From an uncultured virus (IMG/VR IMGVR_UViG_3300031612_000002) (taxonomy: Duplodnaviria; Heunggongvirae; Uroviricota; Caudoviricetes), in the IMG/VR virus record IMGVR_UViG_3300031612_000002, positions 1 to 64,000 of that record: 64,000 nt of DNA; one strand, 5' to 3'. The position numbers and the translations under genes were made by a program. Shown here piece by piece: positions 20,100 through 29,568 of this stretch. The notes beneath the pieces were generated by a model. It searched no databases. It saw only the letters and a list, made by a program, of their open reading frames with translations, and was not told the origin of the DNA. Within the stretch, counting starts at the first letter, position 1; each line of letters begins with the position of its first letter.

Positions 20100-20716
20100 T
20101 AGAAGATAGATTTATTGAATTAACTGATGTCACATTCGACAGAAATAGATTAGAGCAATTGTATGAATCAGTAAAGCATGCAGCACAAGATTATTCAAAC
20201 ATACGAAATAACGCCACGAAAGGGTTGTTTAGTTCAATTCGGGTAGAAGATCTAGAAGGTAAAGAATATCTAGATTATCCAGAGATATCAGAAATTGTGA
20301 AATTATTCAATCCAGAAGTAAAACAGATAAAAAGTGGAAACATAGCAATAACAGTGTATAGGCCTGGTTTTCAATTCCACCCACATGTTGACTTTTCAAG
20401 AAAGTGTGTGATAATGATACCTATATTGCCATCAGATGGTGGCGTAGGGGTTGATTATTATGACTATGCTATACTGGGCGATAATCCGATAATAACAGGT
20501 TATTCAGCGGGCGCTGAGGCTCATGATGAAGAATTTTATTTAGGAACACATATGTATTCAACTGTTCATCCTACATTAATGGATGCCACACAGGTACATG
20601 GCGTTAGAAATGATTCTGATTGTGATAGAGTATATCTACAACTCAGTTTGTATGATGAATTTGAGAGATGTAAAGAACTGATTAAGTCGGGCGCTTTTTA
20701 CAATAAAGATAAATAG
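20096..20716 (+). CDS. 2OG-Fe(II) oxygenase-like protein
   Basis: HVD (HxD), HGV and RVYLQLS match the DSBH facial triad plus the 2OG-binding Arg. Confidence 0.65.
   Translation: MIEDRFIELTDVTFDRNRLEQLYESVKHAAQDYSNIRNNATKGLFSSIRVEDLEGKEYLDYPEISEIVKLFNPEVKQIKSGNIAITVYRPGFQFHPHVDFSRKCVIMIPILPSDGGVGVDYYDYAILGDNPIITGYSAGAEAHDEEFYLGTHMYSTVHPTLMDATQVHGVRNDSDCDRVYLQLSLYDEFERCKELIKSGAFYNKDK
20708..20715 (+). promoter_or_regulatory. T4-late-like promoter (gATAAATA) overlapping the end of the oxygenase gene
   Basis: gataaatag lies upstream of the AGGAG RBS of the 20742 gene. Confidence 0.6.
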
Positions 20717-20741
20717 TTATAATATTAGGAGAATTAAACCA

Positions 20742-21254
20742 ATGAAGTCCTTTACAGAATATTTGACAGAATCAAAAAAAACATACACATTCCGCATTAA
20801 GTTAGCAAAGGAATTATCTGGCGATGATTTAACTCGCATTGAGAATCACTTAGCTAAGTACGATGTGCAGAAAGTAAGTGCACCAACTAAGTTGATGCTA
20901 CAAAGCACACCTTATGATTTCCCACAACTACGTGGATACGAGATATATGTTGTTGAATTTGAGACAAATTTACCAGCAAGTGCATATCAGATACAAACAG
21001 AAATACAAGCCCTTATCGGAATTAGCGACGGATACATGAAAGTTCGTTCAGACCAAGAGCCGTTAGAGCAACGAGAGCAATCATTAATGGATTCAGAATC
21101 TGATGATGAAGGAGTTTCAAGTTTGTTGGCTGATAGTACCTATTCAGAAGCAGAAGATATAAATCCAGAAGATTTTTTTGGTGACAAGTATAATACTTCT
21201 TTTGTTCAAGATTTATTGAAATTAAAAAAAGATCAGGAGAAGAAAGATGCATGA
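20742..21254 (+). CDS. Hypothetical protein, probable head component
   Basis: The MKSFTEYLTES N-terminus resembles T4 capsid-targeting/prohead-protease-cleaved leaders. Confidence 0.6.
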   Translation: MKSFTEYLTESKKTYTFRIKLAKELSGDDLTRIENHLAKYDVQKVSAPTKLMLQSTPYDFPQLRGYEIYVVEFETNLPASAYQIQTEIQALIGISDGYMKVRSDQEPLEQREQSLMDSESDDEGVSSLLADSTYSEAEDINPEDFFGDKYNTSFVQDLLKLKKDQEKKDA

Positions 21255-22587
21255 AATGAGAACATTAATGGAATCATTAACTACTAATACTGAGGTATTG
21301 GTAGAAACAACCGTATTAGTAGATGGCAATGTTACATTGGACAATTTCGAAAGAACAGATGACAGTGAAGTATTCACTGCAACTGCAAATGGCTTTGGTT
21401 CAACCGAAGGATCAGAAGATTATAATGCTGATATCAAAGACATGAATGTTACCATTCAAATAGACGCATTTGGTGATATAAGCGAAGGCGAATTCAAAGT
21501 TGTTAGTATTACTAGTGATGGTGTTAAATTCGCTCCAATGGACGGATTTACGATGGGCGAAGCAATGGGCGTAGACGCAGACGATTTAGTAAGTGCATCA
21601 CAAACTGAATCAGTTGAAGAAGCAATGGGTCCGATGGCAAACATTAATGATGCTGGTGAAATAGAAATGACCAAAGCAGATTATGCTAAGATACATCGTG
21701 ATTATAAGACAAAAATAGATGACACTTATATGGCATTGCGTCTTGATCATAAAACTGGTGGCACAGTATTGACACCAGTGAAATTCATTGAGTCAATGTA
21801 CGAAGCAGACGTAAAGAAAGTATGCAGAGATTGTGGCGATGAAATGCACAAGCCTACCACAGATTGCAGTCATGATTGTAATGATATGACAGGTGAAAAC
21901 TGGGTAACAGAAGAAGCAAAACCAGACTTTGCAGATATAGACAAAGATGGCGATAAAGAAGAAGACATGAAAAAGGCGGCAAACGATATGGAAGATAAAA
22001 ATTTAGAAGAGTCTCCAACAATGGATACTACTCAATTAGTAAGTATGTTACATAGCGCAGGTCTATCGGAAGAAGCGATAGAAAAGAAGATTACCGAATG
22101 GGCAAATTCACCAGCAAATGCGGGCGAAACTGAACCTACATCACATGGCGATCCATATGAGTTTGCACAGCCTGTAAACTTGTCATTGAAGCGTTATATG
22201 GATGCAGAAGACATGAAGGTTAGCGTAACTGAGCATACTGTAGACAACATGAAATCATTATACGAAGCATCTAAGAACAAGCCAGACTTTCTGGACATTG
22301 ACAAAGATGGCGATACTGATGAAGATATGAAAGATGCAGCAGAAGATGTAAAAGAAGCAGTTGCTTGTAATGAATGTGAATGTGATCCATGTGAATGTGA
22401 TACATTAGAAGAATCACAGAGTCCAGCACAAAAAGCCGCTTTTGCGAAGATGTTAGCATCTAAGAAGAAAGAGCCTACAATGGACGATGAGCCTGAGTAC
22501 GATGGAGATAAGAAAGAGCCATCAGTGGAAGAATCATTGGAAGAATCCAAAGAATTGGCAATCTTGCTTAAAAACGCAGGACTATAA
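21247..22587 (+). CDS. Acidic low-complexity protein, probable prohead core/internal head protein
   Basis: Very acidic, many (L/V/T)xE sites, two KPDFxDIDKDGD repeats, two Cys clusters and C-terminal LLKNAGL. Confidence 0.6.
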   Translation: MHEMRTLMESLTTNTEVLVETTVLVDGNVTLDNFERTDDSEVFTATANGFGSTEGSEDYNADIKDMNVTIQIDAFGDISEGEFKVVSITSDGVKFAPMDGFTMGEAMGVDADDLVSASQTESVEEAMGPMANINDAGEIEMTKADYAKIHRDYKTKIDDTYMALRLDHKTGGTVLTPVKFIESMYEADVKKVCRDCGDEMHKPTTDCSHDCNDMTGENWVTEEAKPDFADIDKDGDKEEDMKKAANDMEDKNLEESPTMDTTQLVSMLHSAGLSEEAIEKKITEWANSPANAGETEPTSHGDPYEFAQPVNLSLKRYMDAEDMKVSVTEHTVDNMKSLYEASKNKPDFLDIDKDGDTDEDMKDAAEDVKEAVACNECECDPCECDTLEESQSPAQKAAFAKMLASKKKEPTMDDEPEYDGDKKEPSVEESLEESKELAILLKNAGL

Positions 22588-22590
22588 AGA

Positions 22591-22704
22591 ACTTAGACCT
22601 TAGGACCGTTATAATTACAGGCTTGCCCGTTTTTATTATCTAAGGAGAGAGGATGCCGTTATCCATTATATGTAATTCGCTACTATATATATAAAAAACG
22701 GCAA
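22591..22704 (+). ncRNA. Candidate structured intergenic RNA (family not recognised)
   Basis: Several complementary segments within 114 nt of non-coding DNA; detailed in findings. Confidence 0.4.
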
Positions 22705-22722
22705 TTATTTAAGGAAGAAATT

Positions 22723-23043
22723 ATGAACGATATGAGAAAATTAATAGAAGCAGTATTACAAGAATCACCTACACAAGTGGGCGATGTTATTACATATAAG
22801 AATAAATCTTATAAAGTAGTTGGTATCAATCCTAATGACTTCAATGATGTTATGATTCGTTCACAATCCGGCGATGAAAGATGGGTTAATGTTAATAAAT
22901 TAAGTACTAATGAATCAGATGTTATAGAATCATTAGACGATGATGTAGATGTTAGTGCTGACGAACTAGTAAACGAAGTAATTGACATTGATACATTTCT
23001 AGAAAATTTAGAAATATCAGTGCGCAATATAATTTCAAAATAG
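22723..23043 (+). CDS. Hypothetical protein with SH3/KOW-like beta segment
   Basis: MNDMRKLIEAV leader; QVGDVITYKNKSYKVVG beta-barrel pattern. Confidence 0.65.
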   Translation: MNDMRKLIEAVLQESPTQVGDVITYKNKSYKVVGINPNDFNDVMIRSQSGDERWVNVNKLSTNESDVIESLDDDVDVSADELVNEVIDIDTFLENLEISVRNIISK

Positions 23044-23061
23044 AGAAAATAGTTAACCTAT

Positions 23062-24618
23062 ATGGCAGCAGATACTAAATTAGTAAAAACCCCACATCAA
23101 CAAGAAAATTACACACACGAACAATTAGTAGAATTGGCAAAATGTTCTAATGATCCCAAATATTTCATGAAGACTCATTGTTGGATACAGCATCCTACCA
23201 AGGGTAGAATGAAGTTTGAGTTGTTTGACTTCCAAGAAGAATTGGTTGATGTATATCACAATTATAGAAACTCAGTAGCATTGATCTCCCGCCAAATGGG
23301 AAAATCAACGTGTGCTGCTGGCTATCTATTATGGTATGCAATGTTTGTACCAGATCAGACAATCTTAATTGCAGCACACAAATATAGTGGTGCACAAGAG
23401 ATAATGCAGCGTATTCGCTTTGCATATGAAACATTGCCTGATTATCTGAGAGCGGGCGCTACATCATACAACAAAGGTTCATTGGAATTTGATAATGGCA
23501 GTCGTATTATTGCACAAGCAACTACTGATAACACTGGTCGTGGTATGTCTATATCACTAGCATACTTAGACGAGTTTGCGTTCGTGCGCCCAAATATCGC
23601 AAGAGATTTCTGGACAGCATTGTCACCTACATTAGCAACGGGTGGTAAATGTATTATAACATCTACCCCCAACCAAGATGATGACCAATTTGCACAGATT
23701 TGGAGAGATTCACAAAAGAAGACAGATGAGTACGGTAACGAAACTGATCTAGGTATTAATAGTTTTGCCTCTTATGATGCGATATGGGATAGACATCCTG
23801 ATAGAGATGAAGAGTGGGCAAGAATAGAGCAAGGTAAGATTGGCGAAGAGAAATTCAGACGTGAGCATAAAAATGAATTCATCGCATTTGATGAGACATT
23901 GGTAAGCAGTTTGAAATTAGCCATGATGGAACCAAAAGAAGCATGGGCAATGCAAGGACAAGTACGCTGGTATAAGCCCTTGAAATCGGGTAATTTATAT
24001 CTTATTGCATTAGATCCTAGTTTAGGAACTGGTGGAGATAACGCAGCGATACAAGTGTACGAATTGCCGGGTATGAAGCAAGTTGCTGAATGGCAACATA
24101 ACAAAACAACTATACAGCAACAAGTAAGAATTTTACAGAAGATAGCGATTTACATAGATGAAGAGACAAAGCAGCAATCGGAAATATATTATAGCCTAGA
24201 AAACAATTCAATGGGCGAAGCGGGATTGGTATGTGTAGAAGAGATAGGCGAAGAATTCTTCCCAGGAACATTCTTGAGTGAGCGTAAGAAGCATGGAAAT
24301 ACAAAAGCGTATCGTAAGGGATTCACTACGACACATAAATCAAAGATAGCAGCATGTGCTAAATTGAAATATTGGGTAGAGACTGATAAGTTGGAAATAG
24401 CAAGTAATAATCTACTACGTGAATTGAAAGTATTTATTTCTCGTGGTAATAGTTACGGCGCAAAAGAAGGCGAGAACGATGATTTGGTTATGGCACTAGT
24501 ATTGATCATACGAATGGCACAAGAAGTAACCAACTACGAAGATACTGCATATGAATACCTGATGGAAGAAGGTTTGGATAATGACTACGATGATCCAATG
24601 CCAATGTCATTTTTATAA
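23062..24618 (+). CDS. terL: Terminase large subunit (T4 gp17-like)
   Basis: SRQMGKS Walker A, YLDEFAFV Walker B, IITSTPN, nuclease motifs IALDPSLGTGGD and DDLVMAL; no intein or intron seen. Confidence 0.95.
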   Translation: MAADTKLVKTPHQQENYTHEQLVELAKCSNDPKYFMKTHCWIQHPTKGRMKFELFDFQEELVDVYHNYRNSVALISRQMGKSTCAAGYLLWYAMFVPDQTILIAAHKYSGAQEIMQRIRFAYETLPDYLRAGATSYNKGSLEFDNGSRIIAQATTDNTGRGMSISLAYLDEFAFVRPNIARDFWTALSPTLATGGKCIITSTPNQDDDQFAQIWRDSQKKTDEYGNETDLGINSFASYDAIWDRHPDRDEEWARIEQGKIGEEKFRREHKNEFIAFDETLVSSLKLAMMEPKEAWAMQGQVRWYKPLKSGNLYLIALDPSLGTGGDNAAIQVYELPGMKQVAEWQHNKTTIQQQVRILQKIAIYIDEETKQQSEIYYSLENNSMGEAGLVCVEEIGEEFFPGTFLSERKKHGNTKAYRKGFTTTHKSKIAACAKLKYWVETDKLEIASNNLLRELKVFISRGNSYGAKEGENDDLVMALVLIIRMAQEVTNYEDTAYEYLMEEGLDNDYDDPMPMSFL

Positions 24619-24626
24619 CACAAAAA

Positions 24627-24634
24627 GATAAATA
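24627..24634 (+). promoter_or_regulatory. T4-late-like promoter (gATAAATA)
   Basis: Upstream of the 24662 gene. Confidence 0.6.
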
Positions 24635-24661
24635 CATATATAATTAAAAAGGAATAACCCG

Positions 24662-25933
24662 ATGAATGACATTTCAACAGAAATCTTTAACATATTAAAA
24701 GGCGCAGGCTACAAGATGCGTTTGTATACAATTGATGGTGTAGAGACACTTAATGTAGAAGAAGCAACACGACTATATGCAGTAGATCAAAACTTGATTG
24801 TTACGATAAAACAAGAAGATAATAAATTTGAAGTTATTGTAAAGATTGGGGAAAGTTACGACATACAGAGAAATAAAGATATTTTAGATGCAATCAAATC
24901 AATTGCACATGGAAAATTAGGCGAGTTCACAATGAGAAAGTTTGACAAAAAAATACAACCAAAGACAGATGCACAAGTAACAGAAGGTTTTACGAAGGCA
25001 GGCGGTTCAACAAAAACAAGTTATATCAGATTGCCAGAAGCAACTCTTATCATCAAGCACAACAAGCGTGTTAATGAAGAAATTCGTGGTTCTCGCAGTA
25101 GAAATATTCATAGTTTGTTTATTGAAAATGCATCAGGTGAAAAGTTTGCATTCCCACATAAGTACATGGCAGGTGCGAGAGCAATGACTATGCATGTTAA
25201 TGAGCAGGGAAATCCTTACGATGTTAAGGGACAAGCGATTTTGGCAATGTGTGAAGAGATTTCAGATTTGAACAAATTCACGAAATACACAAAGCAGAAC
25301 AAATTAGTTAACGAAGATAATCAAGAAATCGTAGAAACTATTAAATCAAAGATTGCTCAACTAAAAGAGTCAGTTAAGCGTATGGCTACCAAGCGTGGTT
25401 ATGATAATTTTAAAGTTGAAGTAACTGAAGATTTAATTGAAGAAACCCTTGACATCTCTGAAAAATTCAAGTATAATGCATTATCAACTGAGAGCATGCA
25501 ACAAGCACTTGCTACAGTAAATCGTGTAGTATCTGAAACTAAATTGAAAGAGGCGAAAACCGTGAGCGCAATTGAAAACTTAGAAAAATTGATCAACATC
25601 GTTAAATCTGGTGTTAAAATTCCTATTGATGCAACTGATCCAGAGCATCCTGAAAATGCAATTACTGATTTCTCAGGCGATGGTGGCGAGATTGCAGCAC
25701 TAGGACATAAAGCATCATACATTGGTATGAAGGCGATTAAAGTAAAGCAATTTGAATTGTCTAACTTACTTGATATGCTTAGCGTAGATGTTCATAAAAT
25801 GAACAAGACATTCCGCACTGCACTTGATCATTTACTTGATAAGGTAACAGAAGAAATAGTTCCAGAAGTGGCACAAGCAGCGCCATCAATGGATAGCGAA
25901 GCAGTTTCTAATTTGCGTAAGATGGTAGGTTAA
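24662..25933 (+). CDS. Hypothetical protein, probable virion/head protein
   Basis: Late promoter; C-terminal LRKMVG is a variant of the shared tail motif. Confidence 0.65.
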   Translation: MNDISTEIFNILKGAGYKMRLYTIDGVETLNVEEATRLYAVDQNLIVTIKQEDNKFEVIVKIGESYDIQRNKDILDAIKSIAHGKLGEFTMRKFDKKIQPKTDAQVTEGFTKAGGSTKTSYIRLPEATLIIKHNKRVNEEIRGSRSRNIHSLFIENASGEKFAFPHKYMAGARAMTMHVNEQGNPYDVKGQAILAMCEEISDLNKFTKYTKQNKLVNEDNQEIVETIKSKIAQLKESVKRMATKRGYDNFKVEVTEDLIEETLDISEKFKYNALSTESMQQALATVNRVVSETKLKEAKTVSAIENLEKLINIVKSGVKIPIDATDPEHPENAITDFSGDGGEIAALGHKASYIGMKAIKVKQFELSNLLDMLSVDVHKMNKTFRTALDHLLDKVTEEIVPEVAQAAPSMDSEAVSNLRKMVG

Positions 25934-25935
25934 CT

Positions 25936-26100
25936 ATGTTTACTAAATGGATGAAAGATCGCTTAACAGAACGCACATCGTTAGATGGAGCAGTATTAAT
26001 CGGCACTGGACTAGCAATTTTATTGCTAGGTCCATTGGCAAAAGTAGCAGCATGGATTGCCCTTGTATATGGTATCTGGTCTGTTATTAAAGAAGAATAA
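25936..26100 (+). CDS. Small membrane protein (54 aa; absent from the ORF track)
   Basis: MFTKWMKDRLTERTSLDGAVLIGTGLAILLLGPLAKVAAWIALVYGIWSVIKEE has two hydrophobic segments. Confidence 0.7.
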   Translation: MFTKWMKDRLTERTSLDGAVLIGTGLAILLLGPLAKVAAWIALVYGIWSVIKEE

Positions 26101-26197
26101 ATTTAAATGAAGCAGCGCCAGTTGAGAGCCTGCATTATCAATGTAATATCTTCAATTAAAGACTAAAAAATTAAATCAAATTAAAACGAAAAAGTGC

Positions 26198-26226
26198 TTG
26201 ACAGTAGGCATGAAAAGAAGTATACT
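26198..26226 (+). promoter_or_regulatory. sigma70-type promoter for ssb
   Basis: TTGACA-N17-TATACT. Confidence 0.8.
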
Positions 26227-26317
26227 GTATAGGCTAAGTAATAAAACTAAGGCAAACTTGTATTAGGTAGATACTCTACTTAATATCTAAAAAACACTAA
26301 GGCAAAAGGAAAACATC

Positions 26318-27319
26318 ATGGCTTCATTAGCAGAAATCCGAGCAAAATTACTCGAACAAGACTCTCGTTCATCTGGAACGAAATCAACAACCAAATCAGA
26401 CAATACTGTCTTCCCTCACTGGAGTATTCCAGACAACACATCAGCAACACTACGATTTTTACCTGACGGTGATACGAACAACCCATTCTTTTGGTTGAAG
26501 CGTGAAATGATTCGTTTAGAATTCCCAGGCGTAAAAGGTGGTGATGAATCACGTCCTGTAACAATTCAAGTACCATGTATTGAAATGTATGACGACGAAA
26601 AGACAACATGTCCTATTCACGCGGAATTGCGTCAATGGTTCAAAGATCCTTCATTGGAAGATGTTGCACGTAAATATTGGAAGAAAAAATCTTACTTGTT
26701 TCAAGGCTTCGTCACTGAAAGTGAACTAGTTGAAGAAGCACCTGCAAACCCAATTCGTCGTTTCATGATTTCACCTCAAATCTTTAAGGTAATCAGCGCA
26801 GCGTTGATGGATGTAGATTTCACTTCATTACCTACTGATTATGATCAAGGTACAGATTTCAAAGTAGTGAAAGGTCAGAATGGTAAGTGGGCAGATTATA
26901 GTACTTCTAACTGGGCTCGTCGCGAGCGTAGTTTAAATCAAGAAGAACTAGATGCAGTCGACACAAATGGATTATTTAATCTATCAGACTTCCTTCCTAA
27001 AAAGCCAGATCAGGCGCACTTAGATGCGATGGTTGAGATGTTTGAAGCATCTGTAGATGGTCAGTTATACGACACCGAGAAGTGGGGTAATTATTACCGT
27101 CCTTGGGGTGTAGATGCACCGACATCTAAGCCTGCTGCATCTGTTGTTCAATCAGCACCTGTTGCTGAGAAGGAGATCACGTCAGACGATATCCCTTTTA
27201 AAGCAGATCCTGCTCCTGTAGCCGCAGCGCCTGTCGCAGCAGCACCAGCGGGATCAGAGGCAAAGCCTACTGCGCAAGATATTCTTGCAGCAATTCGCAA
27301 TCGTAAAGCAGAAGCATAA
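26318..27319 (+). CDS. Single-stranded DNA-binding protein (T4 gp32-like)
   Basis: ATLRFLPDGD, PCIEMY..CPI, YWKKKSY, GTDFKVVK..WADYSTSNW and a DDIPF-containing tail. Confidence 0.9.
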   Translation: MASLAEIRAKLLEQDSRSSGTKSTTKSDNTVFPHWSIPDNTSATLRFLPDGDTNNPFFWLKREMIRLEFPGVKGGDESRPVTIQVPCIEMYDDEKTTCPIHAELRQWFKDPSLEDVARKYWKKKSYLFQGFVTESELVEEAPANPIRRFMISPQIFKVISAALMDVDFTSLPTDYDQGTDFKVVKGQNGKWADYSTSNWARRERSLNQEELDAVDTNGLFNLSDFLPKKPDQAHLDAMVEMFEASVDGQLYDTEKWGNYYRPWGVDAPTSKPAASVVQSAPVAEKEITSDDIPFKADPAPVAAAPVAAAPAGSEAKPTAQDILAAIRNRKAEA

Positions 27320-27329
27320 GTAACCAATA

Positions 27330-27355
27330 GGGAGCAAGTTCTTTGCTCCCATTTT
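27330..27355 (+). terminator. Hairpin/weak terminator after ssb
   Basis: gggagcaa-gttct-ttgctccc followed by atttt. Confidence 0.65.
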
Positions 27356-27368
27356 CAAGGAGAATAAA

Positions 27369-28469
27369 ATGGCAAGACCATTTGATGTGTCTAAGTTCCG
27401 TCGTAGTATTACCAAGGCGGTTCCTGGTCTAAGCACTGGATTTCACGATCCTGATACTTGGATTTCAACAGGTAATTTTACATTAAACAAACTTATTAGC
27501 GGAGACTTTGAAAAAGGCATTCCGCTAGGTAAAGTAACAGTATTAGCGGGCGAATCTGGAGCAGGAAAATCATACATTGCTTCGGGAAATATTATTCGTC
27601 ATGCACAAGAGCAAGATATTTATGTTGTTCTAATTGACTCGGAAAATGCACTAGACGAAGCATGGTTACATGCGTTAGGTGTAGATACGAGTGAAGATAA
27701 ATTGATGAAGTTAAACGTAGCAATGATCGACGATGTTGCAAAAATCATGTCTGACTTGATGAAAGATTACAAGACTGAGCATGGTGATAAAGAGCCAGCA
27801 GATCGTCCTAAAATCTTATTTGTAGTAGACAGTCTAGGTATGTTATTAACACCTACAGATGTCAAGCAGTTTGAAGCAGGTGACATGAAGGGCGACTTGG
27901 GTCGTAAGCCTAAAGCACTAACATCACTTGTGCGTAACACTGTAAATATGTTGGGTGAATACAACGTAGGTTTACTTGCGACGAATCATACTTATGCATC
28001 ACAAGATATGTTCGATCCAGATGATAAAATCTCTGGTGGTCAAGGATTTATCTATGCAAGTTCAATTGTAATCGCAATGCGTAAATTGAAGTTGAAAGTT
28101 GACGAAGATGGCAATAAAACGACTACTGTAAATGGTATTCGTGCAGCGTGTAAGATTATGAAGACACGTTATGCTAAACCATTTGAAAGCGTACAAGTAG
28201 AAATTCCGTATGATACTGGTATGAGTCCTTACAGTGGATTGACTGAATTTTTTGAAGCGAAAGGTGCATTGAAAAAGTCTGGTAACAGTCTTGAGTACAT
28301 TAGCCCAGTAACTGGTGAAATCATCAAGAAATTCCGTAAAGCATGGTCAAAGAATACAGACGATTGTCTAGATATTATGATGCGCGAATGGGATCAACAG
28401 CCTGAAGAGGTGATGGATTCTAGTGGTGATGAGGCAGTTATCGGGGAGATGATCAATGAGTCTGAGTGA
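27369..28469 (+). CDS. uvsX: RecA-like recombinase UvsX
   Basis: ISTG, GIPLGK..LAGESGAGKS Walker A, IDSENA, VVDSLG, NHTY and SGG. Confidence 0.95.
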   Translation: MARPFDVSKFRRSITKAVPGLSTGFHDPDTWISTGNFTLNKLISGDFEKGIPLGKVTVLAGESGAGKSYIASGNIIRHAQEQDIYVVLIDSENALDEAWLHALGVDTSEDKLMKLNVAMIDDVAKIMSDLMKDYKTEHGDKEPADRPKILFVVDSLGMLLTPTDVKQFEAGDMKGDLGRKPKALTSLVRNTVNMLGEYNVGLLATNHTYASQDMFDPDDKISGGQGFIYASSIVIAMRKLKLKVDEDGNKTTTVNGIRAACKIMKTRYAKPFESVQVEIPYDTGMSPYSGLTEFFEAKGALKKSGNSLEYISPVTGEIIKKFRKAWSKNTDDCLDIMMREWDQQPEEVMDSSGDEAVIGEMINESE

Positions 28470-28704
28470 TAATGATTTAGAATTTATCATTGCTATGTAC
28501 GATGCTGCTAGGTCTAGTGTTGTAGAAAAGGAACGTAGTAATTTTGCAGAACATTTTTTACAAGTATTAGATCAGTATGGTTTTGACATTGCTGGAAATG
28601 CAGAACAGATCAGTGAGCATGATAAATATCTTGAAACGAGTGTCGATGAATACATTGAACATGAAGAAGTAGATGACACTGACGAAGAAGAAGAGTGGGA
28701 TTAA
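28456..28704 (+). CDS. Hypothetical acidic protein
   Basis: GGGGAG RBS; fills the gap between uvsX and uvsY. Confidence 0.75.
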   Translation: MSLSDNDLEFIIAMYDAARSSVVEKERSNFAEHFLQVLDQYGFDIAGNAEQISEHDKYLETSVDEYIEHEEVDDTDEEEEWD

Positions 28705-29163
28705 ATGAGTAAATGGTATCGTAAGGTCACTGGAAACATGGCAGAAATAGTTAACGCTATTTCACACTATGAAATACAAGTTTCAGAGGCTAAGTTTGAA
28801 TGTGGTATGAAAGGTAGTTTGGAAAAGCACAGTCGTGATATTCCGGGCATCGTTGAACATCGTTTCAATCAACTACAAGAAACAGAAGCGATACTTGAAT
28901 ATTTAAATACCGAAATGCGCAAATTGCGTAGTCAGAAGTTCAGACACTTCACTGAGCATTACCAACGCGCACTAACATCAGCAGATGCGAAAGCATTTGT
29001 AGATGGTGAGCCTGATGTAGTTGATTTGCAGCATCTTATTGTTGAATTTTCAATGGTGAGAAATAAGTTCATGGGTGTTATCAAAGCACTTGAAGTTAAG
29101 CAATGGCAACTTACCAACGTAATTAAGTTACGATGTGCAGGTTTAGAAGACGCAACACTATAA
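28705..29163 (+). CDS. uvsY: Recombination mediator UvsY-like
   Basis: Helical; AKAFVDGEPDV and KALEVKQWQLTNVIKLRCAG resemble the UvsY C-terminus; next to uvsX. Confidence 0.75.
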   Translation: MSKWYRKVTGNMAEIVNAISHYEIQVSEAKFECGMKGSLEKHSRDIPGIVEHRFNQLQETEAILEYLNTEMRKLRSQKFRHFTEHYQRALTSADAKAFVDGEPDVVDLQHLIVEFSMVRNKFMGVIKALEVKQWQLTNVIKLRCAGLEDATL

Positions 29164-29176
29164 TAACAATAAAAAA

Positions 29177-29203
29177 TAAAAACCCACATTTGTGGGTTTT
29201 TTT
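29177..29203 (+). terminator. Rho-independent terminator
   Basis: aaaaacccaca-tt-tgtgggttttttt. Confidence 0.85.
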
Positions 29204-29215
29204 ATGGATGATCGC

Positions 29216-29280
29216 TTGACAAAAGTAATGATCCTTGCTATAATAGTTAAGTAAGTTAATAAAGAAGAGCGAGAAAGATT
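29216..29280 (+). promoter_or_regulatory. sigma70-type early promoter with conserved leader
   Basis: TTGACA-N17-TATAAT, then agttaagtaagttaat..agcgagaaagattATG. Confidence 0.9.
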
Positions 29281-29499
29281 ATGACACAACTTGATTCAAT
29301 ATTGCAGATGTTTGAAACATCACCTAATGAGAGCAGTTTTGCAAAGGGCATCCCAATGATGTATGTAGATGATGTACAGCGTCAATATCCTGGGAAGTTT
29401 CGTTATAAGTACCGTGGTCCTTCAAATGCAGAATATACTCGACCACAGTCGTACATCGTTAAGCAGTATGCAACATCATTTGCATTATATTTTAAATAA
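29281..29499 (+). CDS. Hypothetical early protein
   Basis: 72-aa ORF behind a consensus promoter. Confidence 0.75.
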   Translation: MTQLDSILQMFETSPNESSFAKGIPMMYVDDVQRQYPGKFRYKYRGPSNAEYTRPQSYIVKQYATSFALYFK

Positions 29500-29502
29500 C
29501 CC

Positions 29503-29532
29503 TTGACACACCAATGTATATTACTGTATAAT
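29503..29532 (+). promoter_or_regulatory. sigma70-type promoter
   Basis: TTGACA-N18-TATAAT. Confidence 0.75.
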
Positions 29533-29568
29533 AAAACTTCATTAATTAATTAGATAGGAATCTAAGCC

